Numbered from the stretch's first letter, positions 8,748 to 17,954 are shown. The stretch is 19,328 nucleotides of DNA from Caedimonas varicaedens (GCA_001192655.1 BBVC01000101.1:1-19328), one strand, 5' to 3'. A program made the numbers and translations. The notes: generated by a model from the sequence alone, not told the origin.

Positions 8748-10298
8748 CTACGCTGATTTTTTCGTGTCCGCAGGCTTGCCTTTTGTCAGTTCTTCAAACT
8801 TCTTGCTTAAACCAGAGACACTAACCAGCCACGCAATCGTAGCCACAACCACAAGTGGCCCCAGGATGGGAACAAGACTTGCAAGCGTAACACCGCCTCC
8901 AATAGAAGCAAGTAAGGTAGACTGAACAAACGCACCACCAGATTTACCTGCGCGCCCGCCAATGACTTCTACCGCTGCTTGACCCTTAACCTTTAATTCA
9001 GGGTCGAGAGGAATATAGGCCATCTGCTTGGTCGAATCGAACAGGGAATATTTGGTCGCTTTTGACAGAACATTCTGGAACTGACCAATCATGATAGCCG
9101 CCATGACGACTGTTGTCCCAAAGAATGGAGAGAAAGGATCTCCAATCTCGTTTGAATACATGATGAATCCGAAGAAGATCAAACTTGTTACCAACACCAT
9201 CACAGGTGTGATGGATGCGGCTGTCTTCCAGCTCAAGCGACGGAGGATATTATTCCCTACAAGCATCATCACGATTGTAACGCATCCCGTCATAAACGAG
9301 AATTGTCCCATAAAGGCCAGATAATCATTTTCTTTTGGAAAGCGAATTTTAATTTGGCCTTTCCAGACACCCTCAACCATGTTGATCGTGATGCCGTATG
9401 CAAGAACAATAATCGCAATCAAACCCAAATAACGTGATTGCATAAGGTATTTCATACTTTCAGAGAGAGAAAGCTTGGGCTTGTCTTTTTTGGATTTTCC
9501 GCCTCCTTCTCCCTCAGTAAAAAAGCGTGGATCCGTCAAAATGACACGGTGCAGCCAATAATAAAGCAACATGGTGAGGATTCCAGAGATAACGACCATG
9601 CTCATCTGGATCTTGAGATTAAGTCCCCATGTATCAATATTTTCACCAAGAGTGCTGGCATAATTAGAGCAAACATAGATCAAGCTGCCAGAAAGAGCCA
9701 ACCCAAAGTTGCCAATAAAACCAAATAAACCATAGAATCTCTTTGCTTCTGTGACCCGCGTAATATGGTTGGCAAACTGCCAGAAAAGCATTGAAAGCAC
9801 AACACTGCCCCAAAGTTCTGACAAAATGTAAAATATGCTGAAACTCCAGTTTCCAATCACAGGAAAAACATAATGGAAATTGGGATAGGCCACCTGTAAG
9901 GATTGAATGGTTTCAAGCCCCATATGAAGCGCATAGCGGTTAGGATAGATAATCCAGGCAAAACAGGCGAAAAACACCAAAAACGGAATAATAATCGTGT
10001 AAAAAAGATTTTCACGAGTCAGAGCATTCGCCATTTTTACGAAGATAACCATGAAAAGAATTGCTGAAGGTGTAACACCATAAAGTTTAAGAAAGGAAAT
10101 TGTTTCTGCACCCCCGGCAGGAGCCAATACGACCAGAGCATCTTTTGTATCCCTTAAAACCGTATAATTGAAAAGGATGCACAGCATCATAAGTCCCATG
10201 GGGAGGAATTTTTTAAGCTCAAAATTGTGAATAGGCCAGAGAATTCCACGAAGGCCTGTAAACTCTGACGCTACAGGTTCAGCTGGAGTTTTTGACAT
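8748..10298 (-). CDS. tlc: ATP/ADP translocase (nucleotide transporter, NTT/Tlc family)
   Basis: About 516 aa with roughly 12 hydrophobic spans. The N-terminus LRGILWPIHNFELKKFLPMGLMM and the motifs VLRDTKDALVV and FWQFANHIT are typical of Rickettsia/Chlamydia-type Tlc. The first codon of the track ORF (10328) is TTG; ATG 10298 (MSKTP...) is the likely start. Confidence 0.9.
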   Translation of the reverse strand: MSKTPAEPVASEFTGLRGILWPIHNFELKKFLPMGLMMLCILFNYTVLRDTKDALVVLAPAGGAETISFLKLYGVTPSAILFMVIFVKMANALTRENLFYTIIIPFLVFFACFAWIIYPNRYALHMGLETIQSLQVAYPNFHYVFPVIGNWSFSIFYILSELWGSVVLSMLFWQFANHITRVTEAKRFYGLFGFIGNFGLALSGSLIYVCSNYASTLGENIDTWGLNLKIQMSMVVISGILTMLLYYWLHRVILTDPRFFTEGEGGGKSKKDKPKLSLSESMKYLMQSRYLGLIAIIVLAYGITINMVEGVWKGQIKIRFPKENDYLAFMGQFSFMTGCVTIVMMLVGNNILRRLSWKTAASITPVMVLVTSLIFFGFIMYSNEIGDPFSPFFGTTVVMAAIMIGQFQNVLSKATKYSLFDSTKQMAYIPLDPELKVKGQAAVEVIGGRAGKSGGAFVQSTLLASIGGGVTLASLVPILGPLVVVATIAWLVSVSGLSKKFEELTKGKPADTKKSA

Positions 10299-11259
10299 AA
10301 TTTTATTTACCTTTCTTAGGTTTACCAAATAACTATTTCAATGAATGCGCATCATTCCAGGAGTTAAGTCTTCCTGAAACGACTCGCCAGTCTTCCAAAA
10401 GTTACGTGGTGACAATATTATAATCTTCTCTCTTGGGTCAATAAAAAAAGGGGCTGCTACCTGATTTTTAAAAAGGTTAGGCTTTCACGATGTATTTAAA
10501 GCGTTGCAAACTATCAGGTGTCAACCCTTTATACTATAGTTGTAGCATTTAAGGGTGATATGATGTTATGTGGTTGCCGTCTCCGTCACTGCCCATTTTG
10601 ACAGGTTAATTGAAATTTGACGGATCTATACCTGTCATCTTTTAAACTATGAGTTCGTTAGTCTTCGAGATTCCACTCTTTAATGTGCGTTGCGTAGAGC
10701 TTGCCGTTTATGCTCTTTCCCTCACTACTCATTATTTTTTAAAATCTATTGAAAAGAGAGGTAATTAAGGCATATTTTGATCTAATTTCATTCATGAAAG
10801 AATTTGAAAATGTTTGTTTTTGTTCCGCTTACTCAAAAAATATGCCAATATTTCCCGCTTCATCCTTCAAGGAAGAAAACTCTTGTATCCATTATTTGTA
10901 GGAGCCATGTGTAGTGGTAATGTTTATCACCAGAGTTTGGTTCGACATGTCAATAGTCCAAATCTTCGCGCTGCTCAACGGCAGAGTAGAACGTTTTTTT
11001 CTCAAGAAGAATTATCCATCAACGATTATGCTCAAACACTTGTGAGCCTATTAACACTTCAAAGGAAATTTTGATCTTTGTCTGGATCGTTCGCACTAGA
11101 CATTAGGCGAGAAAGAAGTGAACTATCTTGTGAATTGCTTTGTTTTCGTTAATTGCTAAAGCATTTTTAAAAAGGAACGGATAGTGAGGATCTTTCCTAC
11201 AGTCTGAAAGATTAAGGAAGTGTAAGCCCGTGCCTTAAAATTAAAATCTACCTAAACTC

Positions 11260-11288
11260 TTGAAATTCTCTCTCGGAAAGGCTATAGG
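11260..11288 (+). promoter_or_regulatory. Candidate sigma-70-like promoter for rpsB-tsf
   Basis: TTGAAA(11260-11265), 17-nt spacer, TATAGG(11283-11288), about 110 nt upstream of the rpsB ATG. The -10 box is imperfect. Confidence 0.25.
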
Positions 11289-11308
11289 AAAACTGACTTA
11301 ATATCACA

Positions 11309-11370
11309 CACAGGTTTGCGGAGAGAGAGTCTCTTCGCTCCGGTGCAGGGTTTGACCTGCAACGCCTGTG
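11309..11370 (+). promoter_or_regulatory. Structured 5' leader of rpsB
   Basis: An outer helix CACAGG(11309-11314)/CCTGTG(11365-11370) encloses the hairpin GCAGG(11345-11349)/CCTGC(11356-11360) and a short GAGAG/CTCTT stem. It ends about 15 nt before the GGAGAAAGG Shine-Dalgarno. Confidence 0.3.
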
Positions 11371-11399
11371 GAGGAATAACCGGAGAAAGGAAAAAGAAA

Positions 11400-12215
11400 A
11401 TGGCTTTGCCAAATTTTTCAATGCGCGATTTAATGCAGGCGGGTGTCCATTTTGGGCATCATCCCCGCCGTTGGAATCCCAAGATGGCCCCTTATCTTTT
11501 TGGGGTTCGCAATAATGTTCATATCATTAACCTTGAAAAAACGGTTCCTATGCTTCGTCAGGCCTTACAGGCTGTTCACGAAGTTGTTCTGAGCGGGGGT
11601 CGTGTGCTTTTTGTGGGAACCAAGCGACAGGCTTCCCAGGTTGTTGCTGACGCTGCCAAACGCTGTGGACAATACTATGTAAATCATCGTTGGCTAGGCG
11701 GCATGATGACCAACTGGAAGACGATCCATCGTTCTATTCATCGTCTTAAGGAACTTGAAGAATTCGTTCAACAGGAAAATCTGGGGATGACAAAAAAAGA
11801 GCTTTTACAGCTTACGCGGGAAACAGGAAAGCTTGAACTCTCTCTCGGGGGAATCAAGGATATGGCAGGTCTTCCCAGTATCCTTTTTGTTCTTGATACA
11901 ATTAAGGAACGGATTGCTATTGAAGAGGCGAAAAAGTTGGGTATGCCCGTGATTGCCATCATTGACAGCAACTCAGATCCATCAGGCGTAGATTATCCCA
12001 TTCCTGGAAATGATGATGCGATTCGTTCTATTGAACTTTATTGTCATTTGATATCCGCAACAGTTTTGGATGCTTTACAGGGACAGCTTCGAGCAGCAGG
12101 TGTCGATGTAGGTGCTTCAACAGAAGTTCCGGACGATAATGAAGCTCTTGGAATGCAGGAAACTTCTTCCGAAGCAATCCCTATAACAGAAACGCCGGAA
12201 AATACCCTGAATTAA
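11400..12215 (+). CDS. rpsB: 30S ribosomal protein S2
   Basis: [29 protein letters not shown] is the canonical S2 N-terminus. GGAGAAAGG lies upstream of ATG 11400. The track ORF's 28-codon upstream extension from 11316 is not S2-like. Confidence 0.95.
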   Translation: MALPNFSMRDLMQAGVHFGHHPRRWNPKMAPYLFGVRNNVHIINLEKTVPMLRQALQAVHEVVLSGGRVLFVGTKRQASQVVADAAKRCGQYYVNHRWLGGMMTNWKTIHRSIHRLKELEEFVQQENLGMTKKELLQLTRETGKLELSLGGIKDMAGLPSILFVLDTIKERIAIEEAKKLGMPVIAIIDSNSDPSGVDYPIPGNDDAIRSIELYCHLISATVLDALQGQLRAAGVDVGASTEVPDDNEALGMQETSSEAIPITETPENTLN

Positions 12216-12251
12216 ACTTTTAAAACAATTTTTGAAGTGAAGGAATAAAGG

Positions 12252-13181
12252 ATGAGCGAGATTACTGCAGGTGCTGTGAAAGAGCTGCGTGAACGAACTG
12301 GCGCGGGTATGATGGATTGTAAAAAGGCCTTGTCTGAAACCAAAGGCGATATGGAAGCAGCGATCGATTGGCTTCGTACCAAAGGACTGGCGGCTGCCGC
12401 CAAAAAAGCGGGACGCACAGCGGCTGAAGGATTGGTAGGTGTTATGACCGCAGGCTCCACAGGCGCTATCCTGGAAGTCAATGCTGAAACAGATTTTGTT
12501 GCCCGTAATGACAAGTTCCAGGATTATATTAGAAAAGCTTTGCACATCGCTCTTAAGCATGGAGATAATCTTGCAACTCTTGCAGCTGCTCCCTATTCCG
12601 ATACAGGAAGAAATGTTGCGGATGAATTATCTCATTTAATTGCAGTGATTGGCGAAAACATGGCATTGCGGCGCGCTAAAGTCCTGAAAGTCAAACAGGG
12701 GGTTGTGGCCGCTTACATCCACAATGCAATTCAGCCGGGAATGGGAAGAACGGGAGTACTCGTTGCTCTTGAATCTGTTGGGGATCCAGCCAGACTTGAA
12801 ACCCTTGGCAAGCACATCGCCATGCACGTGGCGGCTGCTGCTCCTCAGGCTGCAGCTGTCGATGAACTTGATCCTGAAATAATCGAGCGGGAACGCAAAA
12901 TTTTTTCTGAGCAAGCACGTGCTTCAGGTAAAAAAGAAGAATTCATCGAAAAGATGATTGAAGGTCGTCTGCGTAAATTTTATGAAGAAGTTGTTTTGTT
13001 AGAGCAAATTTATCTGATTGATGACAGCAAGCGACGTGTTTCCCAAGTTATTGATGATGCGGCGAAAGAAATGGGTTCTGCAATCAAATTTGGCGGTTTT
13101 GCTTTGTTTAAACTGGGTGAAGGCATTGAACGAGAAGTCAAGGATTTTGCCGCAGAAGTCGCTGAACAACTGGGAAAATAA
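12252..13181 (+). CDS. tsf: Translation elongation factor Ts
   Basis: 309 aa. N-terminal UBA-like [24 protein letters not shown]. Conserved rpsB-tsf order. Confidence 0.95.
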   Translation: MSEITAGAVKELRERTGAGMMDCKKALSETKGDMEAAIDWLRTKGLAAAAKKAGRTAAEGLVGVMTAGSTGAILEVNAETDFVARNDKFQDYIRKALHIALKHGDNLATLAAAPYSDTGRNVADELSHLIAVIGENMALRRAKVLKVKQGVVAAYIHNAIQPGMGRTGVLVALESVGDPARLETLGKHIAMHVAAAAPQAAAVDELDPEIIERERKIFSEQARASGKKEEFIEKMIEGRLRKFYEEVVLLEQIYLIDDSKRRVSQVIDDAAKEMGSAIKFGGFALFKLGEGIEREVKDFAAEVAEQLGK

Positions 13182-13201
13182 CCGATAGAAAGTATGGTCT
13201 T

Positions 13202-13972
13202 ATGACAACTGCCCCTCAGGTTTCCAGATATCGGCGTATTCTCTTAAAGCTTTCTGGTGAGGCTCTTATGGGGGCGGGGAATTATGGTCTTGATCCTTCT
13301 ACTGTATCGCGTATTGCGGATGAGGTAAAAGTTGTTCAAGAGCAGGGCGTTCAGGTTTGCTTGGTTGTCGGTGGCGGTAATATTTTTCGGGGTGTGAATG
13401 GTGTTGAACAGGAAATAGACCGCTCTACTTCAGATTATATGGGAATGTTGGCAACGGTTATGAACGCCCTTGCCCTTCAGAGCGCTCTCGAGAAAAGGGG
13501 AGTTCATACGCGCGTACAGTCTGCGATTCCCATGGCAACGGTCTGTGAGCCTTATATTCGGCGAAAAGCTATTCGTCATCTGGAAAAAGGGCGTGTTGTG
13601 ATCTTTGCTGCGGGAACAGGGAATCCTTTTTTTACAACAGATACGGCGGCTGTTTTGCGTGCTAATGAAATGGAATGTGATGTCCTGATGAAAGGGACGA
13701 AAGTGGATGGGGTCTACACCGCGGATCCTGTTAAGGACGTTTCAGCCAAACGTTATGACCACCTGCCTTATTTGCGCGTGCTTTCAGATAATCTGCGCGT
13801 AATGGATATGGCTGCGATTGCACTAGCTCGTGAAAACAGGCTGCCCATTATTATCTTTTCAATTCAGGAAGTTGATGGATTTGTGCAGGCCGTAAAAGGA
13901 ACAGGGCGTTTTACTTCTGTAAGCGATGATGAGCAGAATTTCCGTATGTCTCATTCTCACTCTACCCCATAA
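13202..13972 (+). CDS. pyrH: UMP kinase
   Basis: [34 protein letters not shown] and [13 protein letters not shown] motifs. Carries a short extra C-terminal tail (…[15 protein letters not shown]). Confidence 0.95.
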   Translation: MTTAPQVSRYRRILLKLSGEALMGAGNYGLDPSTVSRIADEVKVVQEQGVQVCLVVGGGNIFRGVNGVEQEIDRSTSDYMGMLATVMNALALQSALEKRGVHTRVQSAIPMATVCEPYIRRKAIRHLEKGRVVIFAAGTGNPFFTTDTAAVLRANEMECDVLMKGTKVDGVYTADPVKDVSAKRYDHLPYLRVLSDNLRVMDMAAIALARENRLPIIIFSIQEVDGFVQAVKGTGRFTSVSDDEQNFRMSHSHSTP

Positions 13973-13979
13973 GGAGATC

Positions 13980-14540
13980 ATGATGGTTGATTTTAATCTT
14001 GATGAATTAAGAAAAAGAATGAATGGAGCTCTTGATGCGCTCTCCAAGGAATTTATGGGATTGCGAACAAACCGCGCATCTACGGCTTTGCTAGAACCTC
14101 TTATGATTGAAGCCTATGATGGCAAAATACCGATCACCCAAGTTGGAAGTATCAGTACGCCTGAAGCACGATTGATTACTGTGCAGGTATGGGATAAATC
14201 TCTCGTAAAAAATGTTGAAAAAGCCATTCGGGATGCCGGATTGGGACTCAATCCCGCAACAGATGGACAAATTATTCGGGTGCCTCTTCCTGATCTTTCA
14301 CAAGAGCGGCGTCAGGAAATTGCAAAAATTGCCGCGAAATATGCTGAGCAAGCGCGTATTGCTGTCAGGAATGTACGTCGGGATGGGATGGATCTTTTGA
14401 AAAAACTTGAAAAAGACAGCGATATTTCTGAGGATGAACATCATCGGCTTTCCGATGAAATTCAGTCTCTAACAGATGACTATATCAAGAAGATTGACCA
14501 GCATCTGGTTCAAAAAGAAAAAGATCTTTTGCAAGTATAG
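13980..14540 (+). CDS. frr: Ribosome recycling factor
   Basis: The family-typical start M(M)VDFNLDELRKRMNGALDALSKEF lies at 13980, preceded by AAGGAGA (13971-13977). The track ORF start at 13926 would overlap pyrH with non-Frr sequence. Confidence 0.93.
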   Translation: MMVDFNLDELRKRMNGALDALSKEFMGLRTNRASTALLEPLMIEAYDGKIPITQVGSISTPEARLITVQVWDKSLVKNVEKAIRDAGLGLNPATDGQIIRVPLPDLSQERRQEIAKIAAKYAEQARIAVRNVRRDGMDLLKKLEKDSDISEDEHHRLSDEIQSLTDDYIKKIDQHLVQKEKDLLQV

Positions 14541-14551
14541 CGTCATTGACT

Positions 14552-15292
14552 ATGAAAGCAGAGTATCTATCCCCCTCATTTTCCGTTCCTCGCCATATTG
14601 CGATTATTATGGATGGCAATGGCCGATGGGCGCAAAGAAGAGGTCTCGAGCGGTTCAAGGGACATTACCAGGGTGCTGCGGCACTTAAGCGGACGATAAA
14701 AGCCTGTGGAGAACTGGGTGTTGATTATTTAACCGTTTATGCTTTCTCGACAGAAAACTGGAAAAGACCTCAGGAAGAAATCAGTATTCTGATGTCACTT
14801 TTGCGTCGTCACTTAAGGTCAGATCTGGCTGAAATCAATAAAAACAACATTCGTGTTCGTTTTATTGGTGATTACCGCTCTCTGGATACAGATCTTGTCG
14901 CGCTTATTGATCACGCTGTTACGTTGACACAGAATAATACGGGACTTCAATTTACAATTGCTTTTAATTATGGCGGACGGGCAGAAATTGTAAGAGCAGC
15001 ACAAAAGCTTGCCTATAAAGTTCAGGAAGGAGAGCTTGCGGTGAGTGAGATGACAGAAGAAGTTTTCTCTCGGGAACTTTTTACCCATGATTTGCCTGAT
15101 CCTGACCTTTTCATCAGAACCAGTAACGAATCACGTATCAGCAATTATCTTTTATGGCAGTTGGCGTATACCGAGCTCGTTATTATTGAAACATATTGGC
15201 CTGATTTTACAAAGGATGATTTAGTCAATGCCATCGCACAATATCAAACCCGCGAACGACGATTTGGGTATACGACGGCTCAAAGCGGCTAA
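14552..15292 (+). CDS. uppS: Isoprenyl transferase (undecaprenyl-diphosphate synthase)
   Basis: HIAIIMDGNGRWA, LTVYAFSTENWKRP and IRTSNESRISNYLLWQLAYTEL motifs. The start is either ATG 14552 or the in-frame TTG at 14546. Confidence 0.93.
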   Translation: MKAEYLSPSFSVPRHIAIIMDGNGRWAQRRGLERFKGHYQGAAALKRTIKACGELGVDYLTVYAFSTENWKRPQEEISILMSLLRRHLRSDLAEINKNNIRVRFIGDYRSLDTDLVALIDHAVTLTQNNTGLQFTIAFNYGGRAEIVRAAQKLAYKVQEGELAVSEMTEEVFSRELFTHDLPDPDLFIRTSNESRISNYLLWQLAYTELVIIETYWPDFTKDDLVNAIAQYQTRERRFGYTTAQSG

Positions 15293-15953
15293 TTTTTGGA
15301 TTCGAACTCTTTCCGCACTTGTTCTGGCGCCTCTAAGCTTGTGGATTATATGGCTTGGACATCCTTTTAACCTACTCCTGGCAAGCGTTGTTACTATCAT
15401 CGTACTCTATGAGTGGATAAAATTAAGTCGTCATCATGGGGTCTGGCTTGTGGTTGGTTTGATTTACCTTATTTTGGCAATGACAGGACTGAGCGTCCAT
15501 CTTTTAAATGCTCATCCCTATTTTTTTCTGGGGTTACTTTTAATGACCTGGAACACAGACATTAGCGCTTATTTTGCTGGAAGCCTTATAGGCGGTCCCA
15601 AGCTTGCTCCGTCCATCAGCCCCAACAAAACGTGGGCAGGTGCATTGGGGGGATTAATATTTGGTACCCTTGCAGGTGTGTTCATTTTTTCCTTTCTCTA
15701 TTCCCGGAACGAGATACACTCTGTCACTGTCTTCACAGTTGCCACCTTTGTTATTCTGGCTCAATTTGGGGATTTATTGGAATCTTGGGCAAAAAGATGT
15801 TTGGGTGTCAAGGATAGTGGCAATCTTATCCCGGGTCATGGGGGACTTCTGGATCGTCTGGATAGCCTTATTGCGATCGGCTTCTTTTTATTTTTTCTGG
15901 AAATTTGTTCTGAACATTCCCTTATTATCCAGAAATTAAGTTCATGGTTTTAG
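15228..15953 (+). CDS. cdsA: Phosphatidate cytidylyltransferase
   Basis: Multi-TM protein with the CDS signature SWAKRCLGVKDSGNLIPGHGGLLDRLDS. ATG 15228 overlaps the uppS 3' end by 65 nt, and an in-frame TTG at 15264 is an alternative start. Confidence 0.9.
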   Translation: MPSHNIKPANDDLGIRRLKAANFWIRTLSALVLAPLSLWIIWLGHPFNLLLASVVTIIVLYEWIKLSRHHGVWLVVGLIYLILAMTGLSVHLLNAHPYFFLGLLLMTWNTDISAYFAGSLIGGPKLAPSISPNKTWAGALGGLIFGTLAGVFIFSFLYSRNEIHSVTVFTVATFVILAQFGDLLESWAKRCLGVKDSGNLIPGHGGLLDRLDSLIAIGFFLFFLEICSEHSLIIQKLSSWF

Positions 15954-15956
15954 AAA

Positions 15957-16379
15957 ATGGTGACTGATCTTGAAAAATGGCTTATGGGGGCTTGGGGTCT
16001 TCAAAAGGAAATTTATGATCATCTCGCTCAACAGCAAGGCTCTTTTAAGGGGCAGGCTTTCTTTGAAGAAATAGAACCCCATAAAGCGCGCTATGGGGAA
16101 GAAGGCGAGCTTCATTATGCGGCTCATCATGGTTCTGCAACTCAGGAATATATTTATGAGTTCCCGCATCCCTATGAAGCCAAAATTTACAGACCGCAAC
16201 ATCGTTTTTTTCACGATTTGGATCTTAGATTGGGTTTTTGGAAAATTGAGCATATTTGTGCCCAGGATCATTACAAAGGACGCTTCACTGTTGAGACCCA
16301 GAATAACTGGACCATTGATTGGGATATTAAGGGACCTCAAAAAAAGCTTACGATGAAGTATTTATATCAGAGGAAATAA
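15957..16379 (+). CDS. Hypothetical protein, DUF6314-like / lipocalin-like beta-barrel (tentative)
   Basis: 140-aa ORF starting 4 nt after the cdsA stop. The pattern W.L...I.D......F.G.A.F...YEE.G.L......A...Y.F......I......FH.L.L......H.C..D.Y.G.F.......W.I.W.I.GP.K resembles DUF6314 from memory only. The antisense 132-aa track ORF looks like a shadow. Confidence 0.55.
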   Translation: MVTDLEKWLMGAWGLQKEIYDHLAQQQGSFKGQAFFEEIEPHKARYGEEGELHYAAHHGSATQEYIYEFPHPYEAKIYRPQHRFFHDLDLRLGFWKIEHICAQDHYKGRFTVETQNNWTIDWDIKGPQKKLTMKYLYQRK

Positions 16380-16407
16380 AATATTTATAAAAATTCCCGA
16401 AACAAGT

Positions 16408-16537
16408 AAGATATTTGAAGATATACTCAAAGGATTTCAAAAGCTGGGTAGGCGGACGAGCGATGAGTTCTGCATAAAGTACGTGAGCAGGAACGAATTC
16501 CGAAGTCCAACGACCCTAGATTTTGAAATACTAAGGG
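16408..16537 (+). repeat. Structured RNA-like repeat, copy B (inverted paralogue of 3406-3522)
   Basis: Shares identical blocks with the minus strand of copy A: CAAAGGATTTCAAAAG, GTACGTGAGCAGG and CCGAAGTCCAACG. Has a 24-nt insertion (16451-16474). Its tetraloop hairpin is GGAA-CGAA-TTCC (16490-16501). The tail TTTTGAAAT (16521-16529) is complementary to the hairpin loop (16434-16442). It lies 170 nt upstream of int. Confidence 0.4.
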
Positions 16538-16647
16538 CATAAATTTTTTTCTATCTTGTACTATCACTATTTCTCTCATTTTTCTAGATACTATAAAGGC
16601 TTTAAACATTTCTTCTATTCTCATAGTGCTAATTAAAAACAAGAAAG

Positions 16648-16702
16648 TTGACATAAAAACAATTCAAATGCTAACGTAGTGCTTACGAAATGCATATAGG
16701 AG
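16648..16702 (+). promoter_or_regulatory. Candidate promoter and Shine-Dalgarno of the integrase gene
   Basis: TTGACA (16648-16653) with a weak TAACGT -10 box 18 nt downstream. A strong AGGAG (16698-16702) sits 7 nt before ATG 16710. Confidence 0.35.
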
Positions 16703-16709
16703 ATAATTT

Positions 16710-17873
16710 ATGCCAAAACTTATTAAAAGCGTTATAGACAGTAGTTTACCTAAAGACAAAGACTATATTGTTTGGGATACCGAAATTAAAGGTTTTGGGT
16801 GTCGTATTTTTCCTGGCGGCAAGAAAACCTATGTATTCCATTACAGGGCTCCTGTAACACGGAAATATTCTTATATTAAAATCGGCGTTCATGGAAACCT
16901 TACTGTCGATGAAGCGCGGACAAAGGCTAAGGGGCTTGCTTTCTCTGTGTCTAGTGGTGTTGATGTTAAAGCAGAGAAAAAACAAGAAATTATTTGTGAA
17001 CAAAAATCCATGTTGTTTGAAGACTTTTGGCAAATCTTTACGGAAAAATACATTAAAGAAAAGCATAAACCCAGCACTCAAAAAGGAAACCTTTCCAGAA
17101 TTAAAAATAATATTCTGCCATTTTTTAGACAGAAACCCATCGCAACTATAGATCGACGCGATATTTTATCTTTGCAAGATTCTATGTCTCAGACCAAACA
17201 TAATTTCACTAAATGCCTAAGATTATTGAGCGTTGCTTTTCATCAGGCAGAAATATGGGAATATAGAGATAAAAATAGTAATCCTTGCAGAGACGTGAAA
17301 GGGATTCCGGGTAGACAGATGGAACGATTCCTCTCATACGAAGAATTATTGCGTTTGGAAGGTATCCTCGCAGAACAATCTTTTAACGGCAGAAGTTCTT
17401 CTACTTATACTGTTTTTGCAATTCGACTTCTTATTTATACAGGTTGTCGAATCAGTGAAATTTTAACTTTAAAATGGGACGACATTAATCTGAACGATAG
17501 CTTTATTTATCTGAAAGATAGCAAGACGGGGAAAAGAACCATTGTTTTGAATGAGTCTGCTAAAGAGCTCATTCGTTCTATCCCCAAGAAAGAGGATAAT
17601 CCTTATGTGTTTTGCGGGAAGAAGCTAGGAGAACATTTAATTGATTTCCAAAAGACATGGCAGCGTATTAGAAAAAAAGCCAATATTCCTGATGTTCGTA
17701 TCCACGATCTTCGACATTCTTTTGCCAGTTTCGCTCTTAAAAAAGGCGTTGATCTTTACACGGTATCCAAGCTCTTGGGTCACAAGAATATTGCGACCAC
17801 GACTCGCTATGCTCATTTAGACATTGATCATTTGAAAGAAGCAACGAACAAAGTAGCGGAAGTCTTTGGATAA
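16710..17873 (+). CDS. int: Phage/P4-type tyrosine integrase with N-terminal DUF4102 arm-binding domain
   Basis: 387 aa. The N-terminus DYIVWDTEIKGFGCRIFPGGKKTYVFHYR...LTVDEARTKA is the DUF4102 pattern. Catalytic residues: TGCRISEIL, HDLRHSFASFAL, LLGHKNIATTTRYAHL. Confidence 0.92.
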   Translation: MPKLIKSVIDSSLPKDKDYIVWDTEIKGFGCRIFPGGKKTYVFHYRAPVTRKYSYIKIGVHGNLTVDEARTKAKGLAFSVSSGVDVKAEKKQEIICEQKSMLFEDFWQIFTEKYIKEKHKPSTQKGNLSRIKNNILPFFRQKPIATIDRRDILSLQDSMSQTKHNFTKCLRLLSVAFHQAEIWEYRDKNSNPCRDVKGIPGRQMERFLSYEELLRLEGILAEQSFNGRSSSTYTVFAIRLLIYTGCRISEILTLKWDDINLNDSFIYLKDSKTGKRTIVLNESAKELIRSIPKKEDNPYVFCGKKLGEHLIDFQKTWQRIRKKANIPDVRIHDLRHSFASFALKKGVDLYTVSKLLGHKNIATTTRYAHLDIDHLKEATNKVAEVFG

Positions 17874-17954
17874 ATGTAGAGACGTCAAACCTTGCCTTTT
17901 CCCGCTGGCAATGCTAAAAAATGACAGACTTTCAACCTTTTTTGAGCATTTTCT

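Noticed and set aside
10417-10441. Minus-strand TTGACC / TATAAT pair as the tlc promoter
   Set aside because: The hexamers are good but the spacer is only 13 nt, outside the functional 16-18 nt range. It is mentioned in a finding but not annotated as a promoter.
11007-11021. DnaA-box-like TTATCCATC
   Set aside because: It is a single copy with two mismatches to TTATCCACA and no clustering or adjacent AT-rich unwinding element, so it is most likely chance.
10814-11074. 86-aa plus-strand track ORF in the tlc-rpsB gap
   Set aside because: It has a TTG first codon, no ribosome-binding site, an unusual composition and no recognisable motif. I treat it as non-coding or at most a gene remnant.
16427-16654. 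75-aa minus-strand track ORF
   Set aside because: It overlaps repeat copy B and the AT-rich int upstream spacer. It has no Shine-Dalgarno, and its sequence is explained by the repeat, so it is probably spurious.
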